Position numbers and translations under genes: made by a program | Shown here: positions 27,445 through 40,737 of the stretch, one piece after another | Position numbering within the stretch: the first letter of the stretch is position 1 | How the letters are laid out: each line of letters opens with the position of its first letter | Notes under the pieces: generated by a model | Told to the model about the DNA's origin: nothing | Seen by the model: the letters and a program-made list of their open reading frames with translations, nothing else | Database searches by the model: none | Source: Octopus bimaculoides | Taxonomy: Eukaryota | Reading direction: 5' to 3' | NCBI RefSeq assembly: GCF_001194135.2 | Contig: NC_068996.1 | Location: forward strand, 25,676,642 to 25,740,641 | Length of the DNA stretch: 64,000 nucleotides

Positions 27445-27549
27445 AGGGTTTCAAGACTTTGGAAACCTTATGTGTAATTTTTGAACAGGATAACAGCTGA
27501 AAATGCTGAAGGGTGCAAAAGAATTTATTGACTAGACATTTATTTATTT

Positions 27550-27790
27550 ATTTTTTTAGGTTTGTTGAAAGAGATTTGCCAGTGGCTCATGATAGTTGTG
27601 GGCTTCTTGGAGTAGTGAGAAAGTTTGAACATCTCACCTGTAGATGACTGTTGGCAGGAAGACAGTTCCAGAGAATGAAAGTGTGGGAAGGAAAGAATTA
27701 GGTGAAATTTTGGCTAGAGGGTCTGAATGGAGAGCTTACGTTTACAGTTACAAGTTCAGTGTGCAAAATACGTAAATGGAGAGAATACGG
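27550..27790 (-). mobile_element. CR1-like 3' fragment
   Basis: SPNSFLPHTFILWNCLP (SFFPRT..LWN.LP motif). Confidence 0.5.
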
Positions 27791-28378
27791 ACTGGAAATT
27801 GAAGGGGGAGGAGGGAGAATTACATGAAAGTATTAAACATGATTGAAAAATACTATCAAATGAAGGCTGGAAAGAAATAGCAGGGTATAATGAGTTTGGT
27901 AATGAAAATGCTAACATTTATTGAATGAATAGTATTACATTTTATGATGGCTTGTTATATTGGCAGAAGTGTTAAGGTGACAGGATAAATTTTGTAGTAT
28001 TTGGTTATTTTTGCTTTATATTCTGAACTGAATTTTGGTTGGGGTCAACTTCTCATTTTCTTCTTCAGTAAAAAAGAGTATCTAATAGGTCAGGGCCTTG
28101 TGCCCGAGTGAGAAATGATCAGCTATTTGTTAGTTAATGAGGTGATTAAAAGGACTGAACATCGAAGGATCTGGCAAAAAAAAAAAAGGGTTTGTAATAG
28201 AATTAAGAAAAAAATGTGAGAGGAATGGTAGTGGATTCCATTTTGGTATTCACCAAGATAAAGAATGCTGTGTACTGTAATAGGATATCTACAGATAGGA
28301 TATCTTGTGTGATAATAACTATTAGAATTCAAAACCTAGAGGATTGGCACCGTCATTTTCAGTTCTGTTTTCTTTTAG

Positions 28379-28519
28379 TCTTACGTTCCACTGTTATGAA
28401 TTCAAGTAGAAGGAAGAAATTATGTACTAGAGCCTCATTCAGGTTTTATAATTAGTGAAAACATTGAATTTTGAAAACTAGGAGGAAGTATCATCAGCTA
28501 GGATTATTTATAAGAAATG
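28379..28519 (+). other. Candidate 5'UTR exon ending in the start codon (ATG 28517-28519)
   Basis: Pyrimidine tract TTCTGTTTTCTTTTAG ends at 28378. TAA GAA ATG is followed by a perfect GTAAGT donor at 28520. A phase-0 join to 30399 gives M-NAKKKAS. No transcript evidence. Confidence 0.5.
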
Positions 28520-29895
28520 GTAAGTGTTATCATAAATCTTTGATTCGATCACTATTTTGGGAAGTACACAGTTAAGTCTACTTTGCTGAGAAAGTTTAAT
28601 AAGACCAGAACATGTCCCAAGTTGTTTCCCATTCTTGCTAAAATTATTAAAATAATATTAATTATTGAGAATATTAGTTTGCTTCTAATATCTCTAATTA
28701 AATTTACAATAATCAGCATTAAATGGATTATTAGCTCCTACTTAAGTATTGAACTTACTGGGAAATGAAGCGTATTCTAAAAGTATGACACAAAGCACTT
28801 ATTTTACACAATATTGAGATGTTTTACATTAGTGATCTTTTGACACTCATGATTGACAACTTACGCTGCCAATGTAACAACTTGATGTTTTTTGTCAGCT
28901 ACTTTGTTTATTGTACAATCTGTTATTGAATGAATATACACTAAATTTGGAAATATTTACACCAAAACATGGTCATTGAAGAAAAGCAGCAATTTCTTCA
29001 GAACACCTTTAATATACAAACAAAACCACTCTGTTCTTAATATTGCATTGTTTTAATCTTGTTTGCAAAATTTTGCATTTTCACATTCAAACCAAGGAAA
29101 ATTCTAGCTGTAAGCACCTGTTGATTTTTGATGGAGTTTAAATACATTTTCACTGTTAGCTTCTGCTTTAGTGGATATATTTTAGATCAATGACATCCAT
29201 TCAGAAGTAGAAATTTTTCTCCTATCTCATCATTGTAGTGTTCTTTCTTCCTGTCTTTCCATACTTCTTTCTGCTTCAAGCCTTTTGCATGAACAGTTGC
29301 ATGTAGAGATACCATTGATGTATATAGAATTGTCTTTTATATGTATTCTTGAATTGTATTTATTTTTATATTAACTATATTGTTACTCATCCTATTTTAT
29401 TGTGAGAGGCTCTCACTTAGGGAGATTGACATTATTCCTTTCATATAACAAAGAAGGAATTTGTAGGAGATAGATTATTAGATAATATTCAGCTTGTCTA
29501 ATCAGGGTCAAGAGGAAGGGATGGGTTGGGGCGGGTTGGGTTAACATTGAGTTTGAGGGTTAAATACTTCAAAATGTATAACAATAATCTAATTGATAAT
29601 GAACATTGACATAAGAATAGTACATCTAAATGGTTAGAGGGGAAGAAAGAGATTTCTTCTGCATAATTCACCGCAGGCTTTAAAAGTATATTGAAAGTTT
29701 ATGAAGGATGTTTCATAAGGAATGGATATGCAATAGAAATAAATAGCTGCTAACAGTTGGTATTATCTGTTAAGACAGGGAGACTTAAAAAGACAGATGA
29801 AAATGACAGTTTTAGATAATCTACAAACTAAGTTAAAAATATTAATGCTAACCATAGTTTTGTTTCAAAGAGTTTTAAAAATGTATTGGTGTTAA

Positions 29896-30104
29896 CCCTT
29901 TAGCATTCAGATTACTTTGTCAAATGTATGCTTATTTATTCACATTGTTTTGAATTAATCATGCATCATTTTGTAGCTTTGAGATTTCAATGATGTGATT
30001 ATTTTAAAACTGACATTGTAGAGTAAGTGTGTGAGACCAGATGTGGCCACTTTGAGCATAAAACAGTATTTGGGCCTGATGTAGCTGGTTTAAATACTAA
30101 AGAG
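29896..30104. mobile_element. TTAA-type MITE family 1
   Basis: TTAA 29892-29895, CCCTTTAGCATT ... AATACTAAAGAG, TTAA 30105-30108. Confidence 0.82.
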
Positions 30105-30398
30105 TTAAAGTTTTGACATATTTTTGTAAATTTATTTCCTTATTTTTCTTTTTATTGCTAGTTTTCTTAAAAGTCTAAGTTTTCAAATCAACTGCAATAT
30201 ATCAATGGAAGTTTTTTCTGCTCAAAATGCTAGAAAGATGAAATTCAAATTTGAACTGAGCAAGAAAGGGGATGAAACTAAATACCATAATGTATTTCAT
30301 CAGCCATATCTACTTATTGTTGGCGAGACCATTTAATATATGCATTTAAATACTGAAATATTTTGGAATATTAATCAATATGGTTTTCTATTTTTCAG

Positions 30399-30567
30399 AA
30401 TGCCAAAAAGAAAGCTTCTGCGAATACTGAAAATCATCCTCCTACCACCCAACTAACAAAAATAAAATACTCAGGTCCTGCACACATAAAAAAAGACAAG
30501 CGTCAAAATTCTTCAAGATTCAGTGTTTCTAAAAACCGAGAACTGCAAAAATTAACACCAATGAGGG
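30399..30567 (+). CDS. PPP2R5D: B56 exon A ([56 protein letters not shown])
   Basis: TTTTTCAG acceptor, GTTTGT donor, 169 nt, phase 0 to 1; matches the delta-type N-terminal arm. Confidence 0.93.
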
Positions 30568-32469
30568 GTTTGTATATGATACTTTGATTATATCTGTAAC
30601 TTTAAAATACCTGAAATATTTTCTGATGCCATTATCCTGTTAAATGTTAAGATTGCACCAGCTATCATTAGAAATACTATTGCTATCAAGCAGACATTAC
30701 TGTGTCTTATCTGTATGTATGTGTGTATGTATTTTCTCCTGACATTTTTGTGCATATTAAGTTGAGAAATACTGCATAATTTTGATATAATGATTTTGAA
30801 ATCATAGGATTAAGGACATATAGATTAACAATGCTAAGAAACAAACATGTCTTGCAGTGATTACTTCATATTAAGGCGAATGCTTCATGTTTGACATTAC
30901 ATCATCTACATGCTCTCATCATATATGATTGCACACAGGTAAAATGAGTTTTAATCACTCACCAGGCAGTGGTTATCCTTTCTGATCAATCAAATTATTA
31001 GCCTTTCTTAATTGAAAATATGCTTTCAATGGATTGTCACATCATATGTAATATGCACATTCACATACACACAACACTTATTTGTATGTACACATTTACA
31101 TATGTAGACATACACTCACAAAATTTCATGCATAATTTCAGTATTGGTAACTCTAGTAACAACTTCGAAGAATAATTCAATGATAGTACCTCATAAATTT
31201 CTTTTGCAGAAGCACTACTAGTTAAGTTATAGGCATGGACATGTTATTAAGTTCACTTCTCAACTATAAGCTGTTGGGTTTAGTCCCAGTTTTAGACCTT
31301 GAGTATCTTCAGTGTTGCCCTGAGTCAACCAATGTCTTATGAGAGGTAATGATCAACAGAGACTGTATGGAAGCTCACTGTAGATGTATGTGTGTGTACA
31401 TGAATGTTGATATTCCATGGCTTCACTGGTTCACTGCCTGTAGCATCTGTTCATCTCCCTTGCATATATGTTTTCTCAAAAGGAACTAGGTAACTAGCAT
31501 CCTTTAGTATCTCACGCACTCAAAATTGATTCTACTTTAGACAGTTATGAAATACTGTACTTAGCATTTTTTTCTTTTGATGATGCACAAGTCTTGTCAG
31601 AGTATGCTGATAGATATCTGTACAATGAGACAATGTTCATAAAATGGCAAGTACAGCATCATTTGGACTCTACAAGTTTGTATATATGCTTCTTGAGTTT
31701 GTAAAGCCTGATATCCAAAAGTTACCTTTGTCTATGCCCATCTTATTTGAGGAGGAACAGCAAGAACGTCTGATTATTCTTTGTTCTATTGAATACAGCA
31801 TAGTCATCAATCCAAGTAAATGATGTTCTTTTATTGCTAACAAAGAAGGAATCTGTGTACTGGAGGAGAAAGTGAACAACATTTAAGAATTTCTTGTATT
31901 TATGTCACAATGAAAGTAAAGAAAATTTCTTGGTCTTACCAACTCACCAACTTGTTACTCTTTTATTCCTAACTCTACTGAAGTAACATTTAATGGACAT
32001 GTTCAAGAACAGAAAGAATTAGCCAATTTCTTGATAAGAACAAACGTTTCTCTTTCATCCTAGAGCAGACACATCACTACATCTATGAGTAGATGCATCA
32101 GTCTTTACAGCTGGAGTTTTACAACTGATGGTTGATGTCTGGTAGCCACTTTTTTTTTCTCAAAATGTTTGCAACCAGCAGAAACACAATACAGCACTTT
32201 TGGATAGGGAGTAATTGCAGCATACTTTGCTATGAAATGCTTTTGTCACTTGCTAGATAGTTGTGTATTATTTACCTTCTCCTACTTTCAAATATACCAG
32301 TGGCAAGGAAGACTAAATCTGTCACATGTTCACAGGTCAGCTTACTTTATATGAGTACCTAATATTAAGAGATATATTTGTGTCTCAATCAAAATATAGT
32401 ACTGTGCAAAATAAGCTGGTCAGTTAATGTGTTATTCTGAAGAATTGACTCTGGGATTGAAGTTGATTC

Positions 32470-33095
32470 TTCTATCTGTCAGTCTGTCTCTATATATAAA
32501 AGCTGGATGTGTGATGTTAGTGTGCATGAATTACAAAAGACTTGAGAGAAAAGCTGTGTATAAGAGAAATCAGATGTAGTATACAAGAAAGAAGACTGCA
32601 TTTGTATGAGCATGTAATGCACATTAGGAATGACAGCTGTCTAAAAAATACTGCATGCCAAAAGAGGATGCTGTTAGTGAAAGAGGAAGACCTAGAAAAG
32701 ACATGGGACAAACTGGTAAGAACCAGTCTCAATATGCTAAAGCTGACAAAGAGCCACTTTTCCTTTCAGTTGCAGGGCCTCTTTAGTCTTGCTAGTTTCA
32801 TCATTAGGGTAGTGTCATGAGAAGAGTACCTGTACCTTCTACAAAGTGGTTGGCAAATGAAGCAAAGACTGCACAGAATTAAAGAGTTTTTTTCCCCTTG
32901 TCTTTGGCAAGACTATTTCTATAGTGCTGGTGTCATGAAAAAGTGTACCCACTATATTTTGTAAAGTGGCTGGTGTTAGTTTCAATGCTAGGCACTTTTC
33001 TATGCTAAAATTGAGACATTCAAGTAAGACAGTGTTCTCCAGCAAGTCAGATCCATGCCAGCATGGAAGATGAATGTAAACTGGTGATGATTATT
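32470..33095 (+). mobile_element. RTE LINE 3' end with 3'UTR and (GAT)n-type tail
   Basis: LREKLCIREIRCSIQERRLHLYEHVMH..EKTWDKLV, then GGTTGGC... and CCATGCCAGCATGGAAGATG...GATGAT. Confidence 0.8.
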
Positions 33096-33544
33096 GCTTG
33101 TGCATATGATGTCACTTGAGAGCGCTGCTAATATTATGCAGCCCAGTATAGGCTGTTATATGGTCTGGCTGTCAGCAAGTAAACTTGCAATCCCACCAAA
33201 ACACCTGGTGAACAGTGATTTTTGGATATGCTGCAAGATGAAAATCAAGACCTATAAAAAGGTGGATGAATGAAACTAGCAGAGTCAGTGATCATCTTGT
33301 GTATATATGTGCATAAAATGTTTGTGCATGTTTAGTGGTATGTTTGCATTTCATCAAATGAAGCATGGAAGAAGTAAATAACCTTCGTCATCACAGCTTC
33401 AAAAATAGTGGCAACAGAACAATGGAAGCACTGGTGTGTGGACATGCTCTGATGTCCTATGAACAATTCTCTTACATAAGGATTAAAATAGGTCCTGTGC
33501 TTCAAGAGTAAGCTGCAGAAATTAGGAGACTAACACGATCTGTA

Positions 33545-34080
33545 AATAGATTGACAGAAAACAATTACTGTATCATTTGCAAGAAAAGTCATGCATCTTC
33601 ATACTTTGGTACAGAAGCCCATGATCACTAACATCTATAAAACGAGCACAGCATATGGAGAGGTGCCATGTATTGTCTTGTCTGAGGTCAAACATATTTA
33701 AATCTAACTTCCACCTTCCTTCCTGTGTTTTCTTAGTTATTCTATCACATCTACCTTCTAACAGTAATAATTTTTCATCTGTCACTCATCCATTCACATC
33801 CAGCAGAACAGTCATCTCTCACATTTTGGTTGATGTCTTAAATGTCCAGTCACTCTTTCAGCCATCCTGTATTCTATACCTGAAGATTAATATTACATAT
33901 TCACTCTATCTTAACTGACTCATTTCTTTTCAATCACAAGCTATTTCTTACATTACTTTTCTGTGTCACACTTCTTATACATGCTTCATACACGTGTTTG
34001 TTGCCAAAAGAGGCAATATCTTCCTAAATTTCTACCATCTTCTTTGTTTTAGTTACTGTGCTACTTGTAAAACCCTGAAT
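33545..34080 (-). mobile_element. Decayed RTE 3' fragment
   Basis: Relics MFCWM*MDE*QMKN.. and WKLDLNMFDLRQDNTW, similar to the other RTE C-termini in the window. Confidence 0.55.
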
Positions 34081-34635
34081 AGTGTGCTACCTGTTAATCT
34101 ATCAGCGGCCTCTAGTGAAACAACTGAGTAGTTTATTGTTGTCTTTATATTCATAATTACTCCTCTTTATATCAGTTGTATCTGAAGTCATAAATCTCTG
34201 TTGTTCGACTAAGGATTACATTTTACCTTTTTTATGTACCCTTGAATTGTTTTTACTGTAAACTCAGTACTGAGTGCTTATCTACTTCCTTCATTCACAT
34301 TTATCTAGGCACTTTCTAATGCATAAAAACAAATTTATCTTCTAAAAAGATAAAAGAACAAAAAAATATCTTATTTTCAAAATAGGGAGATAATGTAAGG
34401 TGGTGAATGTTTAGTATTATAGTTCTAAAATAGCCTTAGTAATTAAACTATTTCCATTTTGTTTTGAATTCATTCTTAAGATATTTTCAGCTGAAAAGAT
34501 CTATTTATCATATGACAGGATTTAAAATTCTCATATGGTGTAAGAAAAATATTTCTTTTTATTTATTCTTAAGATATTCCCATTTATGAAAATGTTTTGT
34601 CACAATATTTTCAGTTAACATTTGAATGTTTATAG

Positions 34636-34835
34636 ATGCTCCTTTGACTGAACGCGAACAGCTGTTCATCCAAAAAATCCAGCAGTGTGGTGTTTTGTTT
34701 GACTTTGTACAAGACCCACTAAGTGACTTAAAATGGAAAGAAGTAAAACGGGCTGCATTAAATGAAATGGTAGAATATGTTTCACAAAACAGAGGTATAT
34801 TGACTGAACATATATATCCTGAAGCAATACAGATG
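34636..34835 (+). CDS. PPP2R5D: B56 exon B ([49 protein letters not shown]...EAIQM)
   Basis: TATAG acceptor, GTTTGT donor, 200 nt, phase 1 to 0; start of the B56 domain. Confidence 0.97.
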
Positions 34836-35012
34836 GTTTGTATTTCAAGTAACCTTTTTAATTTTTTACATACACATTGTAAGAATTTCTCCCTGGCTTG
34901 CTTATTTATATTGCTTTTTTTCTTTTTTTAATATTGCTAAATTATTTGGAAATAGAAGTATTGTCTAAAAAAAAAAAAAAAAGATCCTATCAGATTGCAT
35001 ATTGGACACTAA

Positions 35013-35413
35013 CCCATTTGATACCAACGTGCCTGAGATCACTCCTGGTTCTATGATATAAGCTTCCTGTTTAATCATTTTACTGCAGAAATCAGATATG
35101 CCAATCTATCATTTGTTGAGGATTGTCATGTTTGAAACTGTTTTTTGTTGAGATATAACAAGTTCATTGAATTAATGTGACTTGCAGGAAAAAAATCAAT
35201 TCTATTTTTTGGTAGATAAACATCATTACTGTAATAATCTGAAATTTAATTTCTCAGTTAAAGACTTAAAATGGTTTAAATTAAAACTTTCCTTCAAAAT
35301 TTCCATGTTAATTTATGTTCCAAACACTAGTTTGTCATTTTACAAATTTCTTCAGTATTTTGAAAATTGAAACCAGAGCAGTGTATTTTAACAGGGATAA
35401 GGCAACAAAAGGG
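35013..35413. mobile_element. TTAA-type MITE family 2, longer variant
   Basis: Ends are CCCATTTGATACCAAC and CAACAAAAGGG with degenerate TTAA flanks. About 190 bp of extra interior relative to the 2180 copy. Confidence 0.6.
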
Positions 35414-37368
35414 TCAATATACAATGTTATGTTTTATTTATCTATCTATTATTTTAAAAACCTACTGATCTGTTAGAACATAGTGTAAATAAAAATAAAT
35501 AACTAAAACTATATCTGCAAATAAACCTTAATTTATCAAACATAGCTGATGGTAGAGAGAACATTAAAATATTCATTTCAGTGTTAATATTTCTAATTTA
35601 TTATTGCGAAATAGTAACCAAGAACTTGCTTCTAATATTGTTGCTAGCTGCATGTTTTGTGTCACCTATGAAAATATTGATTTTTATACCTAGTAGTTGT
35701 AAAATTTTTGATTTATGGACAAAGTCAGTTAACACCAAAGGTTTTTAATCTCTGCACCAGTGTCATAACTTTTCTTTTATCATAATCTATATCCTTGTTA
35801 AGGACAACTTTCAGAACTAGTGGAGTATCAGACAAAATTCCCTGCAGGTTTTGGTTACATCTTCATATGTATTGAGTTGAAATTCTGCTCATTTACATTC
35901 TCTGGGATGCATAGAATACGAGTCATTTGTCGTTTTATTTTTGTTTTTTGTTTTTTAGTCCGGAGGAAAAGCATTGTCCCTGGTCTGTTATAGGGCCATC
36001 GTGATCTGTTGTTAGGAGGGAGGAATGCACCCTTAAACCAAAGGTGTGGCTGAATTCTTGCAACAGGGTGGACTCTGCTTAAGTACCTAAGGTGGTAATG
36101 TTAAACTGGGCAATGGATTAAGTTTATTACTATCTTTGATAGGTTTTGAACTCAAAACACAAACATCTGGTCCACTAATCCACTGCTCTGGATAGTTTAT
36201 TATTATTATTATTATATTGACCACTCATCATCATCATCATCATCCAGTGTTTGAAAGCTGGGTTTTGTGCCTTTTAACAGATGTGGCTAGATCTACCTCA
36301 ATGTCATAGCAACTGCCCTCACACCATCTCGCCATCTTGCCCGGTTTTGTGTGTCCTTTCTTCTCAAGCCAACTCTCCAATATAGAGGGTTTTCACCCTC
36401 CTTTTTGAGGTAGGCAGGTGCAACCCACCTCAACCTTTGGGCTGGCTGGTGCCCATTCTCCTTGGCTATCATGAGGCTTTTTTGGAGCTGGATTTTCTAC
36501 GGGGAGCATGCCCTTGCTTACCCCCAACCTCAGTTTCTAGACATGAGTGGTCCCGAGACCAAGGCCTCTACCACGATTTTTTAAGAAATGTGGTAGAAAA
36601 CTAGCTCAGGAAGGCAGGGACACTACTCCCTGAGACCCCTTTCAGGGGCCCTCTGCCACTGAAAGTTTAAAAAAGTTGAAAGGATTGAATTCGGAATGTA
36701 GAGAATTGTAATAAATAATTGTAATAAATAATGTCTGGCACTCTAACAACTCTGCCAATTCATTACCTTAATAGAATCTTTCTCCTGTGATCCAGGGTTA
36801 ATGTCAGAAATTGTCAACCAAATATCAATATGCTGTATTATTACTTAGACCTTTATGGCAAATAGGATTTAATTTTTCAAATTTCTTTATTTTTTTAAAT
36901 TCATGTTTTCCACAGTTACTCTGTGAAATATTATACAAACTTCAGTATTAAATCGAATNNNNNNNNNNNNNNNNNNNNNNNNNNNNNNNNNNNNNNNNNN
37001 NNNNNNNNNNNNNNNNNNNNNNNNNNNNNNNNNNNNNNNNNNNNNNNNNNNNNNNNNNNNNNNNNNNNNNNNNNNNNNNNNNNNNNNNNNNNNNNNNNNN
37101 NNNNNNNNNNNNNNNNNNNNNNNNNNNNNNNNNNNNNNNNNNNNNNNNNNNNNNNNNNNNNNNNNNNNNNNNNNNNNNNNNNNNNNNNNNNNNNNNNNNN
37201 NNNNNNNNNNNNNNNNNNNNNNNNNNNNNNNNNNNNNNNNNNNNNNNNNNNNNNNNNNNNNNNNNNNNNNNNNNNNNNNNNNNNNNNNNNNNNNNNNNNN
37301 NNNNNNNNNNNNNNNNNTGTGTGTGTGTGTATATATAAAAATATATTTAAAAATTTTTGTTATTTCAG

Positions 37369-37479
37369 TTTGCTGGAAATTTATTTAGAACATTACCACC
37401 TTCCTCAAATCCTAGTGGAGCTGAATTTGATCCTGAGGAAGATGAACCAACTCTAGAAGCTGCTTGGCCACATTTACAG
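37369..37479 (+). CDS. PPP2R5D: B56 exon C ([37 protein letters not shown])
   Basis: TTTCAG acceptor, GT donor, 111 nt; invariant acidic loop. Confidence 0.97.
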
Positions 37480-38059
37480 GTTCTTATACTTTTAATTATA
37501 GTGGAAATTTAAACTTAGATTAAAAAACAGGTTCAGTTAATTAGATTGCTATTTTGGCAACTAATTCTAATGTATTTTAATTATATTACTAATTCTCTAC
37601 ATTGGATTTCAATGATAAATCACATTGCACCTTCAGAAATGGTTAAACTCTATTGCTCAGCTTGTGCTGTCATTTGCACAATACATCATTATTATCACCA
37701 TCATTTAATGTCTGTTTTCCATGCCAACATGGGTCGGACAGTTTGACAGGATCCAGTGTATCACAAGGCTGCATCATGCTCAATGTCTTCTTTGGTATTG
37801 TTTTTAAAGCTGCATGCCCTTCCTAATCTCAACCATTTTACAAAGTGTATTGGGTGCCTTTTTCATGTCACCAAAAGTGCAATAAGCTGGTGTACAGGAA
37901 GTAACCATGTATTCAGTAAATCAAAATGATGCAATCATTTTTAAGAACTCACCTCTATGAGGACAAGGTTGTAAAAGTTATTGGATATATCTTTCACAAA
38001 GATGCTAACAAGTTGTGACAATAACCAGAACCATTTGCCAGGTGCTCATTTTATTCCTC

Positions 38060-38460
38060 ATGACTGTTTATTTCTTTAGCACCTGTTTTTCCATGATTTT
38101 GTGTGCATAGGTGGGAAAGCGCTTATTCGAGGCAGCATTTTATGGCTGGATGTTCTTCCTGTCACCTACCTTTTACCCACTTTCTATGTAAGGGATTTTT
38201 ATCCTATTGGTCTTTAATGGCCAGGCTTTGTGCTGACAAGGAATGTAAGCATCCTCCCACTGTTTTGTTCAAACATTGACAAATACTGGAATGTTAAAGC
38301 AACATGCACCTTCACACATATGTATATAGCATCACTTCCATTCAGTTTGTCTACCAATTCCATTCATAAAGCACTGGCTGACTTTAAGGCTACAGTAGAA
38401 GACACATACCCAAGTTGTCACACAGTGAGATAAAATTTGAAACCTTATGGTACTCCTATA
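38060..38460 (-). mobile_element. SINE type A (decayed)
   Basis: Reverse complement of the same body and tail. Confidence 0.6.
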
Positions 38461-39028
38461 AGCTGTACCTGTACTCTTTTATATAAAATTTAAGTTTAAT
38501 GTTCAATTAAGTTTTGGAATATTTAGTATTAATTCCTTTCTTTTCCATGCTTTCTTGATGGTTTCAGTTTCAATTATAGTCAATATTGTTCTACTAAAAC
38601 TATTTGTAAGATTTGAATATATTGAAATCTGATGTAATTGGTTTCATGGTCATTTATTAGCTTAGTTAAGCACATTGGAAACAAAGTAACAATAATTAAT
38701 CCCTGTTGAAATGGTGTATAACTGAGGTCAAAATATGGACTATTTTGTCATAATTTGTTGGATTCAGAATTAAAATGTTTTTGATAAAATTTCATTAGTA
38801 ATCTAAGTATTTGAAAGTTGATCTTAGCAGGATTTGAACTCAGTGCAGATAGTCAGACCAAATACCATGAGACATTCTACCTGATAGTTTAAAGGTTCTG
38901 CCAATTTGCTAAGTACGTTTAGCTTTGTGCCTGGTGATAGTTTTTAAACATGCTTGATTGTGTATCCATCCATAACAAATAGAAGCTGAAATTTGAATTT
39001 TTTTCCAAATTATTTTCTTCTTTTTCAG

Positions 39029-39121
39029 CTTGTATATGAATTTTTTCTACGGTTCTTAGAATCTCCAGATTTTGTACCTAACATAGCAAAACGGTATATA
39101 GATCAAAAATTTGTATTACAG
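39029..39121 (+). CDS. PPP2R5D: B56 exon D ([31 protein letters not shown])
   Basis: TTTTTCAG / GTAATT, 93 nt. Confidence 0.97.
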
Positions 39122-39651
39122 GTAATTTGCATATTTTCTTTTATATTCAAAGTGTAAAAAACGTGGACCAGGTCACATTTAAGATGCATTACTAATACAC
39201 TTACATGATATTTTTAATCTATTTCACATTTTATATATATGCTATTTACAATCCATATGTTCTGTTTACTAAACAAATATATATATAGCATTAAAAAAGA
39301 AATACCAAAATTACACTTATGTTTTGTTGTAATATTCATCATATCCAGTTTCTGTAATGAGAATACACTGAGACAATTGTAGATAGAAATAACTTGATAT
39401 ATTTATCTTACTAAACTTTGTCTATATTGTTTTCCTATAAAATGTATTGCAAAATTTAATTTGGTCAGTTAAATGTCTACTTTTTGAGTCTACAGTTTAT
39501 TGATCTTAAATATATTTTTTTGGCATAAATAGAAGCAAATGTAAGAAATATTAAGAAAAGTATTAAATTTAAATAATTGGTTAATTCTTTTGCATATGGA
39601 CTAAATTTGATTTAGAAAGTGATATATAGATGATTTTTATTTTTATTATAG

Positions 39652-39783
<132 letters not shown>

Positions 39784-40059
39784 TAAGATTTTGTTTTTAT
39801 TGAATTTATTCTAAAGAAATCAACATTTCAGTTGACATTTATACATTGATCTTTTTGTTGCTATTTTTCATATTTTTTCATCTTTAGTTAAATTGTTAAT
39901 TGACTGAAATCCAAAATAATTGTTTTCATACCTGTTAATTTTTTTTATAACATAACATTAATGTTCATTTTGTAAATGTTAAAATTTGAATAACAAATAA
40001 GATTTACCTAAATAAGGAAATAGGCCTCTACAACTATTTGAGAAAGGACTGTACTCTGC

Positions 40060-40520
40060 ATGCAAAGAAGGTATAAATAGAAATTCTAAATGATGTATTC
40101 AGTGTAAACTATGGATGCACAAGGGGCAGGTTGACATAAGGCAGGCTTTGTGCATTTCCTATGGATAGGAGTAGTTAACAGTGAAAATGCATGTGATACA
40201 TTCCTTCAAATGCACAGAAGACTTCCTAGAAATAGTTGATAGCTATTATTACTTGTTTGACTTAATAAGCAGTGGTGGATGCATGTGTTTCAAAAGCACA
40301 GTGGTGAGAGTGAGAATGGGTTGGAAAAAGTTAAGGGAACTACTGTGTTACGCTATGTTGTAGCATGAGATGGGTGGAGAGTATGCTCTTCTGGATGCAT
40401 AATGTTAGTGCGTATGAATGATGGAGCATAAACGAGCTGAGAAAAGTTAGAGCAGTCAATTATTGTATGTAAGAGGGAAGATTATGCTGAGACAAGTTGT
40501 ACTGGATTATATGTTGCAGG
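40060..40520 (+). mobile_element. Decayed RTE RT C-terminal fragment
   Basis: LEIVDSYYYLFDLISSGG..VVRVRMGWKKLRELL (RTE-type LEVVDSFCYLGD..ARIR.GWKKFRELL). Confidence 0.75.
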
Positions 40521-40737
40521 TAACACTTAGAGCAACTGTGAAAGCTTATATAAATCTCTGAGTTTTTTGTTTTTTTTTCCAGTAGAAATCTTATACTTCA
40601 TAAGGTTATAATTTGTTTATTATGGCATTGAAATGTCTTTTTATATCAAGTAGCATTCAATATGTGTAGATTATAACTTATAAATTTTCAATTAGTGACT
40701 AACTATCAGGAGAAAATTGTAAAATCAGTTACATGAT

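Noticed and set aside
31600-31900. Additional RTE C-terminal fragment (minus strand)
   Set aside because: Similarity to the LRWLGH..GRP region is too weak to list as a feature without a profile search.
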